From: a candidate division FCPU426 bacterium
GTDB lineage: Bacteria > Oederibacteriota > PGYV01 > Palsa-1178
Assembly: GCA_963840035.1 (NCBI GenBank)
Contig: CAWIXE010000001.1
Span: 832,001-896,000 of the forward strand
DNA length: 64,000 nt
Direction: 5' to 3'
Shown here: positions 56,565 through 64,000 of the stretch, one piece after another
Numbering within the stretch: position 1 is the stretch's first letter
Layout: every line of letters starts with the position of its first letter
The notes under the pieces: generated by a model
Seen by the model: only the letters and a program-made list of their open reading frames with translations
Told to the model about the DNA's origin: nothing
The model's database searches: none
Position numbers and translations under genes: made by a program

Positions 56565-56887
56565 CCGTAAAATAAATAATGGCGCTGTCTTCCGCGGCTC
56601 CTTTGCCACCCGGGGAGCGTCAGCTTAAAAACAGCCTGCGGCCTCATACCAAATTATCCCGGAGCCGCGAAACCCGGAGCATAACCATCACAAAACCGCA
56701 TAAATCCGCGCGTCTTGACATTCGGCGCTTGTTTTATGGTTTTTTGGGGGTATAATTGTTACATGGGCTCCAAATGCGGTTAAAAGGGGAATCAATTGGA
56801 TAAGCTAAAATTCCGCGTGAATCCAGGCTCCGGGCGTACAAAAAAAAAGATGTCATCGTATTTTTGCCATGAAAAATTCAGGCGTGC

Positions 56888-58777
56888 ATGAGCTGGTTCC
56901 CGCTTGCGCCCATGGTCCATTTTGCCGCGTTTACCATATATATAGTCCTCATAATCACGATACTCACCAGGAATTTTTACAGCACAGCGAACCGCTTCGC
57001 GGCCGGATTGCTTGCCTGTTTTTCAATATGGAGCTTCTGCAAGATATTTCTGCATAATCCGGATACACCTTACTATTTCGCGGTCCTGTTTGAAAAAATA
57101 AGCGTCGTGGGCTGGGCCTCATTCCCTGTTTTTGGTTTCTGGCTGTGGATTTCGCTCACCGGAAAAAAGGGGCTTTTTAACTCCCCGGCTGCGGTTGTTT
57201 TATCCGTGGTCCTGCCGGTATTTTTCATACTGCTTCACTGGACAGGGCTTCTCATGTACGCGCCCCGGCGCATGTATTACGGCTGGATGAATACCTGGAT
57301 ACAGGGAAGCGTATTTACATACATGTTTTACGCCTATTACGCGGGCGCGCTCATAGCCGGGATGGCCTACCACATCCGGTCGCAGAATAAAGTTATATCC
57401 GGCCTGAAGAAAAAGCAGAATGTAATATTGTACGTCTCCGCGGTGCTTACCATACTGGTCGGAACGTTTTTTGAGGTCCTGATACCGGTTTTCAGGATAA
57501 AAGTCGGGATACTCCAGGACGTCACCAATGTATACATACTCATATGGGCCGCTGGCATTTTTGTCGTATTTTTCAGGTATAAATTCATGGCCATGGACCC
57601 GTCTTCCGCGTCCGAAGCCATTATAAATTCCATGAATGAGGCTCTGATACTGCTGGATGATGAGATGAACATAAGTTTTATGAACCGCCACGCGCAGGAG
57701 ATGCTGGGCTACGGCGGGAATGAAATCAAGGGCAGGCCTTTTGATAAGGCGATTTATGACGGCGCAGCGGCGGCGGTTTTCATCAGGGAAGTGACAAAAA
57801 ACCGCGAATTTAAGAGCCAGGATTTCGTCATGCGCCGCAGGGACGGAAAGCCATTAAACTGTTTTCTTTCGGCTTCTGTTGTAATGGAGTTCGGGGATAT
57901 CCGGGGTATCATATGCGTGGCGACCGACATAACCGCCCTGAAAATAGCCGAGGACGGCGTGAGGGATGAGCGCGACATGGCGCAAAAGCTCATGGCCGAG
58001 CTTAAGGCGAGCTATGACAGGCTCAAGGAGATCGACATTCTTAAATCAAACTTCACATCCATGGTGTCGCATGAATTCAGGACGCCGCTGACTTCCATCA
58101 AGGGGTTTGTTTCCTTTCTGTCGCACGGTGTGGGAGGCCCGCTGAGCGTGCAGCAGCGCGAATTCCTGGACAGCGTGAGGAACAATTCTGACAGGCTGTT
58201 AAACCTGATAAACGACCTTCTTGACGTATCTAAAATGGAGTCGGGGGGGTTTTCCATAAATAAAAAACCGGCGGAACTGAACCTCGTGATCAGCAGGTGC
58301 ATGAAAGACTTAAGCTCCCTTTCGGAAAGCAGGAAAATAGATGTTTTCCTGGAATCTTCCGTAAAAAAATGCGTTATATCCGCGGATGAATACCGTGTAT
58401 CACAGGCAGTGGTAAACCTGCTGAATAACGCGATGAAATTTTCTCCGGAAAATTCAAGGATAACCGTCTTGCTGGAGCTGCTGCCCCTGGAGGAAATAAG
58501 CATTCCCGGATACGCGGATGCTGCCGCGCTTGTCCCGGGGAATTACGCGCGCGTAAAGTTTGTCGACCGGGGATGCGGCATCCCTCAGGATAAGATCATG
58601 CGGATATTCGAAAGGTATTACCAGGTTGAGAATATAAACACGCGTTCCTGCCAGGGGACCGGGCTGGGCCTTAGCATCGTAAAAAAAATAGCTGATCTGC
58701 ATGGCGGCGCGGTATGGGCCGAATCCAGAGGCCCTGGCCTGGGATGCGTTTTTACGCTTATACTGCCTGAAAAGTAG
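56888..58777 (+). CDS. 7TM-PAS sensor histidine kinase
   Basis: About 7 TM N-terminus; PAS (N..A..MLGY...EI.G); VSHEFRTPL, NLLNNA.KF, D.G.GI, GTGLGL. Confidence 0.9.
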   Translation: MSWFPLAPMVHFAAFTIYIVLIITILTRNFYSTANRFAAGLLACFSIWSFCKIFLHNPDTPYYFAVLFEKISVVGWASFPVFGFWLWISLTGKKGLFNSPAAVVLSVVLPVFFILLHWTGLLMYAPRRMYYGWMNTWIQGSVFTYMFYAYYAGALIAGMAYHIRSQNKVISGLKKKQNVILYVSAVLTILVGTFFEVLIPVFRIKVGILQDVTNVYILIWAAGIFVVFFRYKFMAMDPSSASEAIINSMNEALILLDDEMNISFMNRHAQEMLGYGGNEIKGRPFDKAIYDGAAAAVFIREVTKNREFKSQDFVMRRRDGKPLNCFLSASVVMEFGDIRGIICVATDITALKIAEDGVRDERDMAQKLMAELKASYDRLKEIDILKSNFTSMVSHEFRTPLTSIKGFVSFLSHGVGGPLSVQQREFLDSVRNNSDRLLNLINDLLDVSKMESGGFSINKKPAELNLVISRCMKDLSSLSESRKIDVFLESSVKKCVISADEYRVSQAVVNLLNNAMKFSPENSRITVLLELLPLEEISIPGYADAAALVPGNYARVKFVDRGCGIPQDKIMRIFERYYQVENINTRSCQGTGLGLSIVKKIADLHGGAVWAESRGPGLGCVFTLILPEK

Positions 58778-58875
58778 AGGCCTGTCTTGCCATATTCTGG
58801 GCATGGTTCCATGCAATAGAACTGGAATTTTTATCCGGCTGTATGGCCTTTTCCTTAATAAAAGGCGAAATCCAC

Positions 58876-58897
58876 AATTGTGACCTAAATCACACTT
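58876..58897. promoter_or_regulatory. CRP-family binding site
   Basis: aatTGTGAcctaaaTCACActt, 18/22 to the E. coli CRP consensus AAATGTGATCTAGATCACATTT. Confidence 0.6.
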
Positions 58898-59025
58898 TAC
58901 AAAACTCCGGGTTCTTCCGATAAGATTAACCGCTTCATTTTATCGTAAAAACGGCATGTTTATAATCTTGTTATTTATAGCCTGTTTTTGTATATTTATG
59001 GCATGAATAACAGGGAGAAATAACG

Positions 59026-62000
59026 TTGAAAAGCGGCAAATTGCATAAAAATAATATCAGAGCGGCTTTTATGCTTTTCTTTATTATAGTATGCGCCTCT
59101 TCCGTGTTTGCGGCAAGATACATGGAAAAGCTGAACCGCGGCGTCGTGGCAGTGCGCGTGAACGCTTCAAGTGTCTACGTCGGCTGGCGCATGTTCGGCA
59201 CCGATCCCGCTGATATTTCATTTAACGTTTACCGCGGCGGAGTAAAGGTAAACGTGAACCCCATAATAAATTCAACTAATTTCACTGACGCGACCACGGC
59301 ATCCTCCACGTACTACGTACGGTCTATAATAGGAGGAGTGGAACAGGCTCCGTCTGAGACAGCCACACTCTGGTCAACTCAGTATAAAACAATCCCGATT
59401 ATCCAGCCACCCATGCAAACCATGCCGGACGGGACAACGTGCACTTCAACCGCCAATGACTGCTCCACGGGCGATCTGGACGGCGACGGAGAATATGAGA
59501 TAGTTTTAAAATGGGACCCGACAAATTCAAAGGATAATTCTCAGGGCGGATATACAGGCGATGTGTTCCTCGACGCGTATAAATTAAACGGGACAAGGCT
59601 GTGGTCCATAGACTTGGGCCGCAATATCCGCGCCGGCGCCCATTACACCCAGTTCCAGGTTTATGACCTTGACAGCGACGGCAAGGCTGAGGTTGTCTGC
59701 AAGACTGCGCCCGGCACCAAAGATTCATCCGGCGCGTACCTAAGCATGGGGCCGGCCGCGTCTGATAATGACGCCACTGATTACCGCAACACTTCAGGCT
59801 ATATATTATCCGGGCCCGAGTACCTCACGCTTTTTAAAGGCGACACAGGACGGGAAGCGTATACCATGAATTACAACCCCGCGCGCGGGACCGTATCGTC
59901 ATGGGGCGATAATTACGGCAACAGAGTGGACAGGTTTTTAGCGTGCGTGGCATATTTAGACGGCGTGCGGCCGAGCGTGGTCATGTGCCGCGGCTATTAT
60001 ACGAGGGCCGTGCTTGTGGCCTATGACTGGAACGGCACAGCGCTTACCCAGCGCTGGATATTTGACTCGAACACGGCCGGCAACGTCGCTTACGCGGGAC
60101 AGGGCAACCATAACCTCGCAGTCGGCGATACTGACGGCGACGGCAAAGATGAAATAGTATACGGCGCGTGCGCCATCAATGATAATGGTACAGGCATGTA
60201 CACCACGGGATTGGGCCACGGCGACGCGGGGCACCTGGGAAAGATGGACCCTGACAGGGCAGGGCTGCAATATTTTCAGCCGCACGAAGGCGCGTCAGCC
60301 TCAAGCGGCGGCGAGTACCGCAACGCCGCGACAGGCGCGCTGCTGTGGGGATACGCGGCAACGGGAGATACCGGGCGCGGCCTCGCGGCTGACATAGACG
60401 CGAATTACCGCGGATGGGAATATTGGAGCACTTCAACGGACGGCACTTATAATGTTAGCGGCGCGCACGTCTCAACGTCAAGGCCGTCGGTTAACTTCAG
60501 GATATACTGGGACGGCGATCTGCAGGACGAACTTTTGGACGGCACAAAACTTGACAAGTGGACGGGCGCAGGCACTACAAGGCTGTATACATTTTATAAC
60601 TTCAGGAGCTCGCAGGAAATAAACGGCACAAAGGCAAACCCGTGCCTTTCGGCTGATTTGCTCGGTGATTGGCGCGAGGAAGTGATATACAGGAATTCAA
60701 ACAACCAGGAACTGAATATATTTACCACGACTACACCGACAACATACCGTTTTTATACATTAATGCATGATTTTGTGTACCGCTGCGCTATCGCGTGGCA
60801 AAATACCGCCTACAACCAGCCGCCGCATGTGGGATTTTATCTGGGCGACGGGCCAACTGCGCAGCCGGTGGAAGCCATAATATACCCGGGCAGCGGCACA
60901 ACCCCGACTAATACGCCCGCATTTACAAAAACATTTACCGGGACACATACAAAGACATCCACCGCGACGCAGACAAAAACATCCACGGCAAGCGTCACTT
61001 TTACGCGCACATCCACTGCCACCCGCAGCATGACCCCGAGCTTTACTCAAACCGCGACTGAATATACCGGGACGCCTACGCCTTTCACGCCGTCTTATAC
61101 AAGCACCGCTACGGGAACATTTACCGCGACCATGACATTAACTCTCTATAATTCGCCTACTTATACTGTTACGGCGTCCGGTACATTTACAATGCCTAAT
61201 ACGCCGACCATAACCGTGACAGTGACTCCGACAACCGCGCCAGCGGGATATACCGAACTTCAGGCGGAGTCAGCATGCTCTTATGACGGGATATTTGAGA
61301 CCATACACGCGGGTTTTACAGGGATTGGATACGCTAATTTATATAATGCCACAGGTTCGTCAATCATGTTTTTTGTGGACTCTGACGCGGCCCGGACAAT
61401 AAATCTCACTTACAGGTACGCAAACGGCGGGGCAAATCCCAGGGATATGCGCATCATGGTTAACGACGTGACGCAGCCGGCTTCGTTATTATTCCCGGTC
61501 ACAGGCGCCTGGACCGCGTGGCAGGATTCCACGGTCAGCGTGGATTTATCAGCGGGCAGGAACGAAATAACCATCGAGGCACTGACCGCTGACGGCGGGC
61601 CGAACATGGACAGGATATCTTTTACAGCCCCGGGAGTTACGCTCGCGGACTGCGTGGTATACGCTACGCCCACGCAAATAGAAACTGACACGCCGCAGGA
61701 AACGCCGGAGCCCAGCGAAACATTTACGCTGACTCCCACGGTAACCGGGAGTGAAACCATAAGCCCGACTCCCAGCATGACGCCGACTTTAAGCGCGACT
61801 GCCCAGGGTTCGCCGACATGTACCGGCACTGTCACGCCTTCAAATTCCCCGACTAAAACATGGACGGCGCAGGCAGACTCGCCGACCGTGACGGCAACCG
61901 TAAGCAAAAGCATGACCGTGAGCCCCAGCGTGACATTCACCGCGTCTCCGCAGAATACCGCGACAATAACGCGGACAATCCAGACGCCGAGCAGGACCAT

Positions 62001-62352
62001 AACTCAGACAAGTACATGTAGTGCAACGCCGACTACCACGGCAACAGCGGCTGAACCCTTTGACCCTGTTGTATACCCGAACCCGTATATAGCCGCCTCC
62101 GGAAAGCTGAAAATAGATTTTTACGCGGAGGAGGGGTGTAAAGAACTGGAATTCAGGCTTTATACTTCAGCATTCAGGCTTGTCATAAGCAAAAAAATAA
62201 GCGGGCCATTTATTGGCAGGGCTGCCGCTGAAATTGACAATGCCTGTTTTAAGCGCGTTGCCAGGGGTACATATTATTACGTGATTTACAGCTTGTCGGA
62301 CGCGGACGAAAGGAAAAAGACCGCGATAGGCGTGTTGTCGGTGCTAAGGTGA
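59026..62352 (+). CDS. Secreted PL11 rhamnogalacturonan lyase (YesW/YesX-like) + CBM35-like + Thr linkers + YPNP C-terminal domain
   Basis: RYMEKLNRGVVAV, GDLDGDGEYEIVLKWDP, NIRAGAHY, NRVDRFLA, RGYYTR, GQGNH, GHGDA, GDWREE, YNQPPH; CBM 'QAE...GFTG.GY.N...RYANG...GPN.D'. Confidence 0.92.
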   Translation: MKSGKLHKNNIRAAFMLFFIIVCASSVFAARYMEKLNRGVVAVRVNASSVYVGWRMFGTDPADISFNVYRGGVKVNVNPIINSTNFTDATTASSTYYVRSIIGGVEQAPSETATLWSTQYKTIPIIQPPMQTMPDGTTCTSTANDCSTGDLDGDGEYEIVLKWDPTNSKDNSQGGYTGDVFLDAYKLNGTRLWSIDLGRNIRAGAHYTQFQVYDLDSDGKAEVVCKTAPGTKDSSGAYLSMGPAASDNDATDYRNTSGYILSGPEYLTLFKGDTGREAYTMNYNPARGTVSSWGDNYGNRVDRFLACVAYLDGVRPSVVMCRGYYTRAVLVAYDWNGTALTQRWIFDSNTAGNVAYAGQGNHNLAVGDTDGDGKDEIVYGACAINDNGTGMYTTGLGHGDAGHLGKMDPDRAGLQYFQPHEGASASSGGEYRNAATGALLWGYAATGDTGRGLAADIDANYRGWEYWSTSTDGTYNVSGAHVSTSRPSVNFRIYWDGDLQDELLDGTKLDKWTGAGTTRLYTFYNFRSSQEINGTKANPCLSADLLGDWREEVIYRNSNNQELNIFTTTTPTTYRFYTLMHDFVYRCAIAWQNTAYNQPPHVGFYLGDGPTAQPVEAIIYPGSGTTPTNTPAFTKTFTGTHTKTSTATQTKTSTASVTFTRTSTATRSMTPSFTQTATEYTGTPTPFTPSYTSTATGTFTATMTLTLYNSPTYTVTASGTFTMPNTPTITVTVTPTTAPAGYTELQAESACSYDGIFETIHAGFTGIGYANLYNATGSSIMFFVDSDAARTINLTYRYANGGANPRDMRIMVNDVTQPASLLFPVTGAWTAWQDSTVSVDLSAGRNEITIEALTADGGPNMDRISFTAPGVTLADCVVYATPTQIETDTPQETPEPSETFTLTPTVTGSETISPTPSMTPTLSATAQGSPTCTGTVTPSNSPTKTWTAQADSPTVTATVSKSMTVSPSVTFTASPQNTATITRTIQTPSRTITQTSTCSATPTTTATAAEPFDPVVYPNPYIAASGKLKIDFYAEEGCKELEFRLYTSAFRLVISKKISGPFIGRAAAEIDNACFKRVARGTYYYVIYSLSDADERKKTAIGVLSVLR

Positions 62353-64000
62353 AAAGAGTATTATTAGCCGCGCTGATATTGTCCGCTGCGGCAAATATTT
62401 ACGGCGCGGCCATTGTGGACGGCATAGCCGGATTTGCCGCGCAAAACGGCGGCACTACCGGCGGCGCGGGCGGGCCGGAGGTTACAGTCTCAACGCTGGC
62501 GGATTTTAGTTCCTACGCCACTGATAACAACCCGCGGATTATAAAAGTTTCTGGCGAGATAAACAGCGGTGATGACAAAGGCGCGTCAGTGCGCGTGGGA
62601 AACAATAAGACCATCCTCGGCTGCGGCAGCGGCGCGTTCTTTAACGGCGTCGGGCTTTTAATAAGCAGCAAGACAAATATAATAATAAGGAATATCAAGT
62701 TCTCCATGGTGGCTATCACCACCCGGATAGACGAGGCGGGTGTTTATTCATCCACCGGAGATGAGGGCAGGCCGCAGATACTCACCAACGGCGGGGACTG
62801 CATAGGCATACAGGGCACCAGCGCCAACATATGGATAGACCACTGCGAGTTTTACGCTGAAGACCCGCACGTGCAGACAAACCAGGACCTCTATGACGGC
62901 TTAATCGACGCGAAAAACGGGAGCCAGTACATAACAATTTCGTGGTGTTACTTCCACGACCATCATAAGTGCCACCTTATAGGAAGTTCAGATACCGACA
63001 ACTATGACAGGAAAATTACTTTTCACCACAATTATTACCGCAACATAAAGGAAAGGATGCCCAGCTACAGGTTTGGCACAGGGCATGTGTATAATAATTA
63101 CTATCTGGACGTGCTTTCCATGGCTGTCAACTCAAGGATGGGCGCGTGCCTGCGCGTTGAGAGGAATTATTTTGAGGATTCAAGCGACCCGGTAATCACA
63201 AAGAACAGCACCTCGGACGGGAACTGGGACTTATCCGACAGCGTAAGCGGCGCGGTTAACTCAAATATTTACTTAAACTGCACGGGCTCCATGCCAGCGG
63301 CATCAACCTGCGCGTTTGACCCTCCTTATATATACGCGGCGTATCTCGACGCGGCAGCGGATGTGAAGGCGAATGTGCTTGCTAACGCGGGCGTTGGAAA
63401 GATAACAATCAACTGCGGCGGAGCCACAGAAACCCCCACGCCGTATCAGTCACCCACAAGGACCAGGACGCAGACATTTACCAGAACGCAGACCGCTACA
63501 AAGACGGCGACGCTGTCTGCTACGCAGACAGGGACTTCGCAACTGACAAATACTTTTACAGCCACTAAGACACTAACTCTAACCGGGACATGTACCGCCA
63601 CAAGGACGGCGACACTGACGCCTTCCGTGACACACAGCGCAACCCCGGTTTCCAGCGTGACATCATCGCGGACGCCGTATGAAACATTTACTGAAACACC
63701 GGGAATGACAAATACGGCGGTTTTAACTGTTACTTTTACCCGGACAAAGACAAGCACGGCGCTTCCTTCAGAAACGCAGACCTTTACCCCGACGCCGGAA
63801 AATACCGCGACAGCCACGCCTGCGGACACGGGCGCATTTACCGCGACAGCCACGGCCACCGCAGTAAGCACAGCCACAAAAACCAATACATCAACAAAGA
63901 CGAGCACGCAAACAGCGACGGCTGCCTGCACGCGAACGCTGACAGTTTTGCCGTCAGCCACGGCAACGAAGACCTCCACTCCGGCGCCCACGGCGACTGC
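62349..64000 (+). CDS. Secreted PL1 pectate lyase + Thr-rich linker, 3'-truncated (absent from the ORF track)
   Basis: GTG overlaps the PL11 stop (GTGA). Hand translation: MKRVLLAALILSAAANIYG, GFA..NGGTTGGAGG, NKTILG, NIIIRNI, GD.I, IWIDH, DGL.D, ITFHHN, RMPSYRFG..HVYNN, then TxT repeats to the window end. Confidence 0.9.
   Translation, partial: MKRVLLAALILSAAANIYGAAIVDGIAGFAAQNGGTTGGAGGPEVTVSTLADFSSYATDNNPRIIKVSGEINSGDDKGASVRVGNNKTILGCGSGAFFNGVGLLISSKTNIIIRNIKFSMVAITTRIDEAGVYSSTGDEGRPQILTNGGDCIGIQGTSANIWIDHCEFYAEDPHVQTNQDLYDGLIDAKNGSQYITISWCYFHDHHKCHLIGSSDTDNYDRKITFHHNYYRNIKERMPSYRFGTGHVYNNYYLDVLSMAVNSRMGACLRVERNYFEDSSDPVITKNSTSDGNWDLSDSVSGAVNSNIYLNCTGSMPAASTCAFDPPYIYAAYLDAAADVKANVLANAGVGKITINCGGATETPTPYQSPTRTRTQTFTRTQTATKTATLSATQTGTSQLTNTFTATKTLTLTGTCTATRTATLTPSVTHSATPVSSVTSSRTPYETFTETPGMTNTAVLTVTFTRTKTSTALPSETQTFTPTPENTATATPADTGAFTATATATAVSTATKTNTSTKTSTQTATAACTRTLTVLPSATATKTSTPAPTAT

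Noticed and set aside
39651..64000. Cellulosome (dockerin/cohesin) or SLH anchoring
   Set aside because: No duplicated dockerin Ca-binding repeats, cohesins or SLH motifs were seen; the DxDGDG motifs in PL11 belong to its propeller.

Overview
A 64-kb chromosomal window from a diderm bacterium (TonB, TonB-dependent receptor, alpha-2-macroglobulin/PBP1c). Every credible gene (about 38) lies on the + strand. The left part is housekeeping and envelope genes: an MNT-HEPN pair, a TonB/TBDR/metal-ABC uptake operon, a sigma54 promoter driving two exported hypothetical proteins, an RluA-family synthase, a frameshifted 7TM histidine kinase with an NtrC-type regulator, DUF1646, MscS, TatA/TatC with a DUF362/polyferredoxin pair, beta-carbonic anhydrase, an esterase, OGG, a 7-repeat secreted protein, an A2M with an unusual polytopic N-terminus plus pbpC and a SpoIID-like gene, malQ and mgtA. 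The right part (39.6-64 kb) is a plant-polysaccharide degradation island: GH8, GH30, CE4, GH5+GH16, PL11 and a PL1 missed by the ORF track, with three LacI regulators. The enzymes share one architecture: signal peptide, catalytic domain or domains, and a long Thr/Pro linker. All complete ones end in a shared ~90-aa YPNP...YT...R...G-x-Y domain resembling a T9SS-type/FlgD-Ig sorting signal; no dockerins were seen. Intergenic DNA carries several palindromic repeat families. These include a repeat with symmetric nested insertions, three 88-bp hairpins separating single genes like cassettes, and a 5x105-bp hairpin array. A duplicated promoter/operator module, a CRP-like box and two apparently leaderless genes are visible. 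All family calls are by eye from motifs; no database search was run. The architecture reminds me of candidate-phylum Goldbacteria-like genomes, but that is an unverified guess.
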